DNA from: a virus | Direction: 5' to 3' (one strand) | Length of the DNA: 17,542 nt | IMG/VR virus record: IMGVR_UViG_3300045988_108697 | Shown: in pieces, positions 1 through 7,382 of the stretch | Layout of the letters: each line of letters starts with the position of its first letter | Numbering within the stretch: position 1 is the first letter of the stretch | Position numbers and translations under genes: made by a program | Notes under the pieces: generated by a model | Told to the model about the DNA's origin: nothing | The model's input: only the letters and a program-made list of their open reading frames with translations | Databases searched by the model: none

Positions 1-119
1 AGAAGATGACTAGGCGAGTGGCATGGAGCCTTGAAGATATAGAAAAAGCCTCGGACTTCTTTCATGTGAAGCCCGAGGCGTTGGTAGCGGGGCATGGATT
101 TGAACCATGGACCTCTGGG
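1..119. repeat. Direct terminal repeat, copy 1 (exact match to 17424-17542)
   Basis: Bases 1-119 (agaagatgactagg...gaaccatggacctctggg) recur identically as the last 119 bases. The unit length is 17,423 bp. One ORF reads continuously across the junction. Confidence 0.95.
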
Positions 120-188
120 GCTACGCCCCGGCCCATGGTCCAAATCCATGCCGGCCTGAGCCGATTATCACTAATCCTAGCGGCGTGA
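1..188 (+). CDS. 3' part of the same repressor ORF (track ORF 6-188). The unique tail 120-188 encodes ATPRPMVQIHAGLSRLSLILAA.
   Basis: The frame of track ORF 6..188 is in phase with ATG 17264 through the repeat (17429-17264 = 165 nt). The joined ORF is 115 aa, with TGA at 186-188. Confidence 0.8.
   Translation, partial: KMTRRVAWSLEDIEKASDFFHVKPEALVAGHGFEPWTSGATPRPMVQIHAGLSRLSLILAA
82..119 (-). other. Putative attP core: mimic of a tRNA 3' half (anticodon-stem 3' strand, variable loop, T arm, acceptor 3' strand, CCA). Not a complete tRNA.
   Basis: Minus strand 119->82 reads CCCAG AGGTC CATGG-TTCAAAT-CCATG CCCCGCT A CCA. This gives a canonical GGTTCAAATCC T loop with a 5-bp stem, a 7-nt acceptor strand, discriminator A and CCA. 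Bases 120-160 supply no anticodon loop, D arm or 5' acceptor strand. The core ends 85 nt upstream of the integrase ATG. A second copy lies at 17505-17542. Confidence 0.7.
91..152. repeat. Imperfect 23-nt inverted repeat flanking the edge of the att core, with an inner GGGGC-TAC-GCCCC palindrome
   Basis: 91-113 is ggcatggatttgaaccatggacc. The reverse complement of 130-152 is ggcatggatttggaccatgggcc (21/23 identical). The inner palindrome spans 117-129. Confidence 0.85.
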
Positions 189-204
189 GGCACGATGATG
201 TGCC

Positions 205-1035
205 ATGAACGCTAAGAAGTTGCAGCCGCCACCTGAGTGGCGAGTGAGCGTGGAAGACTGGGTGAAGTCCCTGATTGCCAGTGGGTATAGCGAAGACACG
301 GTGCGGTGCCGGCGCTACAAGCTCACGCACGCGGCCATAGGTTTGGACAAACCGCCCGTTGACGTTACCACCGGCGATCTGGTGTCTTGGATGGCCGGCC
401 AGCATTGGAAGCCGGAAACGCTGAAGGCGTACAGGAGCACGCTAACGTCGTTTTTCGGCCGTTTGCAGCGAACCGGCGCAAGGCCGGACAACCCGGCAGC
501 CGATTTGCCGAAGGTCAAGCGTCCGAAGGCGCACCCGCGGCCGTGCCCCGACAAGTATATTCTTGCGGCGCTGGCGAAGGCGGACGAAACCGAAACGCTG
601 ATGCTGCGGCTTGCGGCCGAGTGCGGTTTGCGGCGAGGTGAGATAGCGGGCGTGAACTCGCGGGATGTCATGGACGATCTGCTGGGCAAGTCGCTAATAG
701 TGCGCGGCAAGGGCGATAAACAGCGCATAGTGCCGTTGCCCGACGATCTGGCCGAAGCCATAGAGTCGTGCGGCGGTTGGCTGTTCCCCGGCCGGTGGCA
801 AGGCCATGTCGAGGAAAGCTACGTGGGAAAGCGTATAAGTCGTCTGCTGCCAGAGGGGTACGGCGCGCACAGCCTCCGCCACCGGTACGCCACGGCGACA
901 TACGCGGCCACGTATGACTTGTATCTGGTGGCAAGGCTGCTGGGCCATGCGTCGGTCGAGACGACGCAAATCTACGTGGCGATGCCCGACGCGCGGTTGC
1001 GCGCCGGGCTTGATGCTGTGCTACTCGATGCCTAG
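205..1035 (+). CDS. int: Tyrosine recombinase / phage integrase (276 aa)
   Basis: Catalytic signature: GLRRGEI (Arg), HSLRHRYAT (H-x-x-R), LLGHASVETTQIYV (His...Tyr). It lies next to the tRNA-like att core. Confidence 0.92.
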   Translation: MNAKKLQPPPEWRVSVEDWVKSLIASGYSEDTVRCRRYKLTHAAIGLDKPPVDVTTGDLVSWMAGQHWKPETLKAYRSTLTSFFGRLQRTGARPDNPAADLPKVKRPKAHPRPCPDKYILAALAKADETETLMLRLAAECGLRRGEIAGVNSRDVMDDLLGKSLIVRGKGDKQRIVPLPDDLAEAIESCGGWLFPGRWQGHVEESYVGKRISRLLPEGYGAHSLRHRYATATYAATYDLYLVARLLGHASVETTQIYVAMPDARLRAGLDAVLLDA

Positions 1036-1271
1036 CCTATTTTGCCGGCCATACGTAGCGGGTTGTAGGCGACGCCGAAGCCGGCGGCGAGCAAACCGCC
1101 GGCCGTGGTGATGTAGTCGCCCACTGCCGGGTCGCCGAACGTGGAGACGCCGAGACCGACGATCACGGTAACAAGTCCGATGATGTAGACGACGGTGCGC
1201 ACGGTGTCGTTGAACACGGGCGTGTATCCGGTGTTGGCGGCATGGTCCGGGGTGCTGGTGGTGTTGCTCAT
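1032..1271 (-). CDS. Small two-TM membrane protein, holin-like (79 aa)
   Basis: MSNTTSTPDHAANTGYTPVFNDTVRTVVYIIGLVTVIVGLGVSTFGDPAVGDYITTAGGLLAAGFGVAYNPLRMAGKIG. It has two hydrophobic spans. ATG 1271 overlaps the amidase stop (ATGA). Only this last part of track ORF 1032..1856 looks real. Confidence 0.65.
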   Translation of the reverse strand: MSNTTSTPDHAANTGYTPVFNDTVRTVVYIIGLVTVIVGLGVSTFGDPAVGDYITTAGGLLAAGFGVAYNPLRMAGKIG

Positions 1272-1972
1272 TCTTTGGTGTCCTTCTTGTCGGTCTTGGT
1301 CAGTTCGTGCTCGATGTTGCGCAACGTGTAGAGCGGGGTCTGCTTGATGTCTCCGTTTGATTGGCCATACCAGATTTCGGTGGGCAGGGACTTGATGGCG
1401 TTGGTGAGTGCGGTGATCTTGTGGTTGAGGTCTTGCAACGCATATTCCACGGTGACGTTCATGCCGCCGTAGCTGATTGGGTCGGTTTTCGCTGCCATGT
1501 CGGTTTCTCCTTCGGCTATTAGTTGTTTGAATTGCTCCCAGCTGTATCCCCACTTGGCGAAGTAGGGGATAGGGTCTGTGTGGTCGCTGCCGCCCCACCT
1601 GGCGCGGGTCTCGTTGTGGCAGATGAGCCGGTCGATGCCCCAGCCGTGCGCGGCCAAGCGTTCGCGGACGGCCTGCGCGGCTATCTCTATGCCGCGTTGG
1701 AAGTCCGCCTGGTTGGTGGCCTCGCAGATTTCCAAGCCCTCCACGTATTGGTTGCCGTTGCCGACCTGCCAGCACAGGCGGTCGTAGGGCACGCAGTGCA
1801 GCGCTTCGGTCCAGTCGGACACGAGATGCACGGCGTTGGGGTAGTCGCGTGACCATAGGCTTGCATGGTCGGCTGCGGTGGCACCGGGGTTCGCCGTGGA
1901 GTGAACGCAGAAGTAGGACGGGGTGAGTGCCCCGTGGCCTTGGTTCACGATGCGTTCCTTGATGACGCTCAT
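1268..1972 (-). CDS. Endolysin, N-acetylmuramoyl-L-alanine amidase (Amidase_2/PGRP-like) with an unassigned C-terminal domain
   Basis: Motifs YFCVHSTANPG, YVEGLEICE and WGGSDHTDP. SD GGAAAGGAG precedes the ATG. Membrane proteins flank it on both sides. Confidence 0.8.
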   Translation of the reverse strand: MSVIKERIVNQGHGALTPSYFCVHSTANPGATAADHASLWSRDYPNAVHLVSDWTEALHCVPYDRLCWQVGNGNQYVEGLEICEATNQADFQRGIEIAAQAVRERLAAHGWGIDRLICHNETRARWGGSDHTDPIPYFAKWGYSWEQFKQLIAEGETDMAAKTDPISYGGMNVTVEYALQDLNHKITALTNAIKSLPTEIWYGQSNGDIKQTPLYTLRNIEHELTKTDKKDTKE

Positions 1973-1988
1973 GGTTTGTCTCCTTTCC

Positions 1989-2228
1989 TCAGTCGTTGTG
2001 GTCGAAGAGTCCTTCGGGTGGATTCGGTGGCGGCGGCGGGTCTTGCTTATAAATGTGGTCTATTAGTTGCCGGTTCCAGAGCCATAGCAGCTGGTTGTCT
2101 TCCTGCATCTGGGCGGCGAGCCTGTGGGCCTCCAGTTGGTTTTTGGTGGTGGAGGCGATTAGCCCCAGCGCCGCGCCTCCGATGGAACAGACGCCACCCA
2201 CGACGGCGACTAGCAGTGTTTCGCTCAC
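1989..2228 (-). CDS. Single-TM membrane protein of the lysis cassette (79 aa, GTG start); holin or lysis accessory candidate
   Basis: N-terminal hydrophobic span LLVAVVGGVCSIGGAALGLIA, then a charged helix and a proline run PPPPPNPP. It sits between the tail fibre and the endolysin. Confidence 0.55.
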   Translation of the reverse strand: MSETLLVAVVGGVCSIGGAALGLIASTTKNQLEAHRLAAQMQEDNQLLWLWNRQLIDHIYKQDPPPPPNPPEGLFDHND

Positions 2229-2232
2229 GGTG

Positions 2233-3498
2233 TCACCATGCCCTGGTGAAGCTCAAACCCATGCGTCCTGCTGGCGCTTGTCCGCTGGACACTGTGAACG
2301 GCTGGATGCCTGCGGAGGCCGTCGGGTTTTGGCCTGCGTCCTGTGTGCTGATGGTGTCCACGTGGAAGAGCGCTGCCTGATTGCCGCTGTTGGTGATGGC
2401 TGTGGACCATCCTGGGTAGCCGTCGTTGGTCATGTCGTTCGATGCAGCTGCCCACAACGGGATGTGGAATGACTGCACGTTGCTGATGGCTACCTTGTCG
2501 GCGACTCCAAGGCTGTAGCTGATGGTCCCGCCTGATGCGGTGATACTCAATGCCCATAGCCCGGTGTTATTCGGGGCCTTGACAACCTGTGACACGTAGC
2601 GGCCGGTATAGCGTCCGTCCAGATACGACTTGATGTAGCGGGCGATGATGAGCGATCCGGTTTCGTCCGGGTGGATATCGGTCCCACTGAAACGTTCCGG
2701 CATTCCCAGCAGCCAAGTCCATGCGTAGGGGATGGCTTCGGCGCGGGCATGAGACATGACGCCGCTCATGATCGCGGAGGCGTTCGACCTCCAATAGCCG
2801 CCCACGGGTTTCCAGTCCCAGAGCATGGGCACGAAGATGATTCGAGCGTTGGGGAAGCTGGTGGCCGTGGTCTCGTAGATTCTGGCCATGGCGGTCTGGT
2901 GGGCCGTGTAGTCGCCGATGTCGTTTCGGCTGCCGCCGACGATGACGTACTGGACGCGGTTGTGGTCGTAGGATTTATCGGCCACTGCCTTGTCCGCCTG
3001 CGCCTGATAGTTCTTCGTGGCGTCGGTGGTGAGGTAGCCGGTGCCCGCGATGGCGTAGTTGTGCAGTGTCGCGTTGAGCAGGTTGGCGAGCTGGACGGCC
3101 CAGCTACGGCCGTCCGTGGGGCTTGCGTAGCTGTCGCCGATGGTGACGATGTGCGGGGACTCGAACACCTTGACGTAGTGCAGGTCAAGGGCTTGGCGGG
3201 TGGCGCTGTCGGTCTTGTTGACGAAGCCCGCCACTGCACCATCTGCCATGCCGCCCGCGTTGGCCGCGGCCTGTTCAGCCTTGGTCGCGGCGGCTTCGGC
3301 GCGACGGGTCGCGTCGGTCAGCGTGGCCGTGATCTGGTCGGGCAGCTGGTCGATGTTGTCGTCGATGCTTTCGGCCATGGCCTGGAACTGTTGGGAGGCG
3401 AAGCGCACGAGGTCGTTGGCTCCTGGGTATTTGATGCCGTGCCTGGGCGTGGTGGGCATGTCTGCGGGGTTGAACTCCGCGCGTGTGGTGTCTGCCAT
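2233..3498 (-). CDS. Tail fibre / minor tail protein with an SGNH (GDSL) esterase-like domain (421 aa)
   Basis: Block I IVTIGDSYAS, block III VGGSRNDIG, block V-like GTDIHPDETG. The Ala-rich coiled N-terminus is typical of actinophage minor tail proteins. SD GAAGGAAAC. Confidence 0.7.
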   Translation of the reverse strand: MADTTRAEFNPADMPTTPRHGIKYPGANDLVRFASQQFQAMAESIDDNIDQLPDQITATLTDATRRAEAAATKAEQAAANAGGMADGAVAGFVNKTDSATRQALDLHYVKVFESPHIVTIGDSYASPTDGRSWAVQLANLLNATLHNYAIAGTGYLTTDATKNYQAQADKAVADKSYDHNRVQYVIVGGSRNDIGDYTAHQTAMARIYETTATSFPNARIIFVPMLWDWKPVGGYWRSNASAIMSGVMSHARAEAIPYAWTWLLGMPERFSGTDIHPDETGSLIIARYIKSYLDGRYTGRYVSQVVKAPNNTGLWALSITASGGTISYSLGVADKVAISNVQSFHIPLWAAASNDMTNDGYPGWSTAITNSGNQAALFHVDTISTQDAGQNPTASAGIQPFTVSSGQAPAGRMGLSFTRAW

Positions 3499-3510
3499 GG
3501 GGTTTCCTTC

Positions 3511-5016
3511 CTATTGTTCGAAATATGTGATCTGTCCGAATTCGCCCCACGTGAACGGTTGCAGTGTGGTCCACGCGATGTTGATGGGGTCGAGGTCGGC
3601 CCATGTGCTCAGTTCGCTGGGGATCATGGGCAATGGGGTGATGGTCAACTCGTTGCTGAGGTCCGGCTCGTCGCCGTCCCATGCGAACGAGAGGGTGCCG
3701 CCGATGGCGAGCCATGCGCCCGCCGTCACAGGCGATCCGTTCGCGTCCAAGAGCTTCGTGTATCTGGTGGAGGCGAAGGCCAGCAGGATCGCGCTCGGCT
3801 GCAACGTGTGTTCGTACAGGTCGAGGTCGATGTCCCGGCTGGAGATGGTCGGCGCTTCGGGTATCGGCTTGAGGGTCTGTGTGGCGAGCCAGTCGGCCCA
3901 TTGGTCGCGCTGCGCGTCGCTTGGCTGCCAGACGGTGCCGGGCCAGTGGCCGCCGCTTTCGTCCACGCTCACCGCGTCGGTCTCGAACGTCACGGCCTCG
4001 ATGGTTTCGGTGAGATTCTGGGGCAAACGGCCTCGGTCGGTGACGGTCACCTCCGCGTCCTCGAACGTCACCTTCTGGTCGTTGTCGTCCCATTTGGCCT
4101 TGCGGGTCTTCAACGTGACCTGCGCCACGGGGTCGGGCAGGGTCATGTCGGTTTCGTTGATGCGGATGTCCGAGGCGTAGAGCGCCGTCTGCTCCATGCC
4201 CGCGCCCTCCACGCTCAGGGTGCCGTCGCCGTGCAGGGTGATGCTTGCCTTGTCGCCCGCGTAGCGTGCCGCGAGGTGTTCCGAGCCGTGCTGGTGGGTC
4301 TCGTACCACAGGGCCACGTCCGGCAACGGTGCGGCGAGTTTGTGGAGCACGGTGGACAGGTCGGGCATGCTGTCGAGTTCGTATGGCGCGGGGTAGGGCG
4401 CGTGTTGCTTGAGGTAGCCGATGCTGTCGGGGTCGAGCGGCGGGCAGCCGAGCCCGTTGATTCTGCAGCCGATTTCGTCCACGCGGGCGCGCGCGTCGCC
4501 GGTCCAGTGCAGGTCGGGCAGCGCTGGGTCGGTGGGTCCCTGCTGCGTGGTGCGTTTCAGTCGCACGGTGAGGCTGTTGGCGTACAGGTCGAGCAGGTAG
4601 GTGCCGTTGGCGCGCTGGGTGATGGTGCCGCCCGTGGTGATGTTGCCGAGGAACAGGGTGAGCGCCGTAGGGTCCGGTCCCTCGGCCGGGTCGGGTGTGT
4701 GGAGCTGGTGGAAGCCGGCCCATGTGGTGGTCGGTTTCAGGTCCTGCCATGCGGTTTCCTGCCGGAGGTCATGCCATAGCGGCATGCGGGATAGTTGGAT
4801 TAGCACGGGCATGCCGGCGAGGCGTGTGGCGTTGCCTGCCAGTTCGCCGGTGCGGTCCATGAGCTGGAAGTGGAGCACGTTGGGGTCGGGCTGTTCGTCC
4901 AGCTTGTCGGTGCCCCAGTCGATGGTGAAGCCCGCGAGGCCGGCCGTGTCACCGTCGTGGCCGGTGACGTTGGCGTAGCCGTCGCCGGCGTCGATGAACA
5001 TGGTTGGCTGTCTCAT
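3511..5016 (-). CDS. Minor tail protein (501 aa), distal tail / baseplate position
   Basis: It lies immediately downstream of the tape measure, with ATG 5016 overlapping the TMP stop (ATGA). Function is assigned by position only. Confidence 0.6.
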   Translation of the reverse strand: MRQPTMFIDAGDGYANVTGHDGDTAGLAGFTIDWGTDKLDEQPDPNVLHFQLMDRTGELAGNATRLAGMPVLIQLSRMPLWHDLRQETAWQDLKPTTTWAGFHQLHTPDPAEGPDPTALTLFLGNITTGGTITQRANGTYLLDLYANSLTVRLKRTTQQGPTDPALPDLHWTGDARARVDEIGCRINGLGCPPLDPDSIGYLKQHAPYPAPYELDSMPDLSTVLHKLAAPLPDVALWYETHQHGSEHLAARYAGDKASITLHGDGTLSVEGAGMEQTALYASDIRINETDMTLPDPVAQVTLKTRKAKWDDNDQKVTFEDAEVTVTDRGRLPQNLTETIEAVTFETDAVSVDESGGHWPGTVWQPSDAQRDQWADWLATQTLKPIPEAPTISSRDIDLDLYEHTLQPSAILLAFASTRYTKLLDANGSPVTAGAWLAIGGTLSFAWDGDEPDLSNELTITPLPMIPSELSTWADLDPINIAWTTLQPFTWGEFGQITYFEQ

Positions 5017-6947
5017 GCGCGGCCCCTTCGTTTCGCGTAGCCGTTCAGTAGTTTTTCGATGGCCTTGGCGGTGCCGTCCGGGTCCACCACGGTTCCGTCG
5101 ATATGCACTTCGTAAGTGTTGTAGACGGTGCCGGACGTTCCTGCGCTGGTGATGGTCGCCCGTATGCCGGTGTTCGCCAAGGATGTGTTCACGGCTGATA
5201 TCTCTGATTTCACTTTGCCCTGGAAACCAGCGTCAAGACCTTGCGCGAAGCCGGTCATGATGGCCTGGCCGGCGGGGATGAGCAGGCGACGGTCGTAGCT
5301 GATCGGGCCTTTGTGGGCCTTGATCCAGTCGCCGATGCCGCTGATCCAGCCGGTCACGTTGCTCCACATCGATTTGAGGCCGTTGAGGAATCCGCTGATG
5401 ATGCTTGCGCCGGCGTTGTAGAGCAGTGTGCCGGCTCCGGAGAAGAAGCCGCCGATTGTGCCCGGGATGCCACGGAACCATGAGACGACGCCGTTCCACG
5501 TGTTCCTCGCGCCGTCGGCCGCGTTTTGGAAGAACGCGCCGATACGGCCCGGCAACGACTGGAAGAACGCGATTATGTTGTTCACGCAATTGCCCAGGAA
5601 CGCGGTGAACTGGCTCCATATCTGCCGGCCCGTCTCGGTCTGGGTGAAGAACCACACCAACGCCGCCACAAGCGCGCCGATGGCGGTGACCAGTATCATC
5701 ACGGGGTTGGCGTTCATGGCCGCGTTCAACGCCCATTGTCCGATTGACGCGGCGGTGGACGCCAGGCTGAAGCCCTGCAACGCAGATACCACGGCGCTGA
5801 TGACGCTTGCCACCTTGAACGCTGCGAAACCTCCGCCGATGGCTATTAGAGCGCCGCTGATGGGTTCCGCGTTGGCGTTCACCCAATCGCCGAACTGGGT
5901 GAGCTTGTCCGCCAGCGCCTGGATGATGCCGGCCGCGCCGTTGAATGCATCGCCCACCGTGGTGCCGATGCTGCCGGCGTCGGATAGGCCTTGTAAGCCG
6001 GGCGCTATCGTCGTGGCGATGCTGGCGAACGCGCCGCCCAACGCGGATAGCGCGTTGCCGATGCTTGACACCATGTTGGAGAGCGCTTGGAACGCTCCGG
6101 TGTCGCTTATGCCTTGGATGAACTGTTGCAAGCCGTTGGTGGCGGTCTGGCTGAACTGGCTTATCTGGTTTCCGGCTTCGGTCAACGTGCCCGTCACGGC
6201 CGGTTTGATGAGGTTGAACGCGTCGGTGAGTCCGCCGGTGATTGATGCCTCCAAGTTGCCTAGAGCGCCTTCCATGGTCTTGGTGCTGCTGGCGGCTTCC
6301 TTGGCCACGTCGCTCATGCCCAATTGCATGATCGCCTGGTTGAACTCGTCGGCGCTGATTTCGCCTTTTTCCATGGCGTCGCGGAAGTTTCCCGTGTACG
6401 CGCCGTTGGCCTTCATGGCTTCCTGGAGCTTGCCGGACGCGCCGGGGATGGCGTCGGCCAGCTGGTTCCAGTTCTCCGTCGTAAGCTTGCCCGCGCCGGC
6501 CGTCTGGGTGAGCACCATGGCCACGGAGCCGAAGGTGTCGGCGTTGCCGCCGGCCACGGCGTTCAGGTTGCCGGCGGCCTCTGTAAGGCCGGTGTAGTCC
6601 TTGATGCCGTTCGCGGCAAGCTGCGCCGTGGTGTTCTGGATAGTGGACAGATCATATACTGTGCGGTCCGCGTAGTCGCGCGCCGCCTTGCTTGCCTTTT
6701 CGACGTTGGCGGTGTCGATGCCGGCGAAGTTCATCGTCGAAACGAACTTGTCGGTGCTGTCGCTCATGTCCATCACGGCGCTGCCGAACGAACTCACCTT
6801 GTCCCATAGGGCGGTAACGCCCTTGAGGGCCGCGCCGCCCATGAAGTTGCCGAAAGCGGACGCTTTGGCGGTGGCTTTCTGGAACGCCTTCACGGCGTCG
6901 TCGCTGTTGCCCGTGATTCTCACGGACATTATCGCGCTATGTCCCAT
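5013..6947 (-). CDS. Tape measure protein (644 aa)
   Basis: A long Ala/Gly-rich helical protein with internal hydrophobic segments (ALIAIGGGFAAFKVASVISAVVSAL, PVMILVTAIGALVAALVWFF). It follows the G/GT chaperone pair. Strong SD GAGGAGG lies 6 nt upstream. Confidence 0.88.
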   Translation of the reverse strand: MGHSAIMSVRITGNSDDAVKAFQKATAKASAFGNFMGGAALKGVTALWDKVSSFGSAVMDMSDSTDKFVSTMNFAGIDTANVEKASKAARDYADRTVYDLSTIQNTTAQLAANGIKDYTGLTEAAGNLNAVAGGNADTFGSVAMVLTQTAGAGKLTTENWNQLADAIPGASGKLQEAMKANGAYTGNFRDAMEKGEISADEFNQAIMQLGMSDVAKEAASSTKTMEGALGNLEASITGGLTDAFNLIKPAVTGTLTEAGNQISQFSQTATNGLQQFIQGISDTGAFQALSNMVSSIGNALSALGGAFASIATTIAPGLQGLSDAGSIGTTVGDAFNGAAGIIQALADKLTQFGDWVNANAEPISGALIAIGGGFAAFKVASVISAVVSALQGFSLASTAASIGQWALNAAMNANPVMILVTAIGALVAALVWFFTQTETGRQIWSQFTAFLGNCVNNIIAFFQSLPGRIGAFFQNAADGARNTWNGVVSWFRGIPGTIGGFFSGAGTLLYNAGASIISGFLNGLKSMWSNVTGWISGIGDWIKAHKGPISYDRRLLIPAGQAIMTGFAQGLDAGFQGKVKSEISAVNTSLANTGIRATITSAGTSGTVYNTYEVHIDGTVVDPDGTAKAIEKLLNGYAKRRGRA

Positions 6948-7379
6948 GCGTCGCCTCCTCTATCTTCTCGGCTTCGGTCTGGATGATTTCAATCGCTGTG
7001 GCCCAGTCCATGCCCGTGGCTTTCTCTCGCCACTCCCACGGCGTCCCGCCGAAATAGCGGGCCAGTAGACATGAGAGTCTGCCCATGGACTCTTCGGGCC
7101 ACGGCGTCAGTCCGTAGGGTTTCCCGCGTCGGTCTCCGTGCCCTTGATCTCCACGCCGTCCACGTCCACGCCGTCGAGCCAGGCGTCATAGTCGGCGGTG
7201 GTGAGCTTGGCGAACTTTTCGGCGAGGTAGGCCATGTAGTACGCCTGCCTGATGCGGCTTGCGTCGCCTGCGGCCCATTTCCGGGCCTGCGCGTGTTCCT
7301 CGGCCTCGCAGATGACGCGCGGCGTCAACGGTGCTTCGTTGATGTCGCCGTTGGTGTGGGTGATTCTGATGGTCTTCAT
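6937..7379 (-). CDS. Tail assembly chaperone -1 frameshift product (GT-like)
   Basis: From the slip site the -1 frame stays open to TAG 6939-6937. It encodes ...GKPYGLTPWPEESMGRLSCLLARYFGGTPWEWREKATGMDWATAIEIIQTEAEKIEEATHGT and overlaps the TMP start. Confidence 0.7.
7107..7379 (-). CDS. Tail assembly chaperone (G-like, 90 aa)
   Basis: Its position is immediately upstream of the tape measure. SD AAGGAG. It contains a slippery heptamer near its 3' end. Confidence 0.75.
   Translation of the reverse strand: MKTIRITHTNGDINEAPLTPRVICEAEEHAQARKWAAGDASRIRQAYYMAYLAEKFAKLTTADYDAWLDGVDVDGVEIKGTETDAGNPTD
7119..7125 (-). promoter_or_regulatory. Programmed -1 frameshift slippery heptamer G_GGA_AAC
   Basis: Plus-strand gtttccc equals minus-strand GGGAAAC. 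It is phased as gcG GGA AAC in the chaperone zero frame, 9 nt (three codons) before the chaperone TGA. Confidence 0.7.
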
Positions 7380-7382
7380 GTT

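Noticed and set aside
130-152. Plus-strand T-arm-like CATGG-TCCAAAT-CCATG as a second tRNA fragment
   Set aside because: - The loop TCCAAAT is not the canonical TTCRANY.
- No acceptor strand follows.
- It is better explained as the inverted copy of the core T-arm, i.e. an arm of the palindrome.
82-160. Possible complete tRNA gene on the minus strand
   Set aside because: - Only the 3' half is present (anticodon-stem 3' strand through CCA).
- The sequence 5' of it forms GGGGC-GUA-GCCCC, which has no 7-nt anticodon loop and no U33.
- There is no D arm or 5' acceptor strand AGCGGGG.
- I interpret it as an att core rather than a gene.
- The tRNA identity (initiator/Met-like from CCCAG, TTCAAAT and CCCCGC) is only a guess.
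1032-1856. Track ORF of 274 aa on the minus strand overlapping the endolysin gene
   Set aside because: - The first roughly 195 residues are Arg/Pro/His-rich junk in an alternative frame of the amidase gene.
- Only the last 79 codons (from ATG 1271, coupled to the amidase stop) look real.
2671-4779. A very long plus-strand ORF (702 aa). Other long plus-strand ORFs are 3200..4180, 5428..6597, 7071..7826, 10789..11556, 12993..13682 and 13803..14315.
   Set aside because: - These are antisense shadows of recognisable minus-strand structural genes in a high-GC genome.
- Their translations are Gly/Val/Ala/Arg-rich and low in complexity.
- They have no RBS and no motifs.
- They would overlap genes that carry clear signatures.
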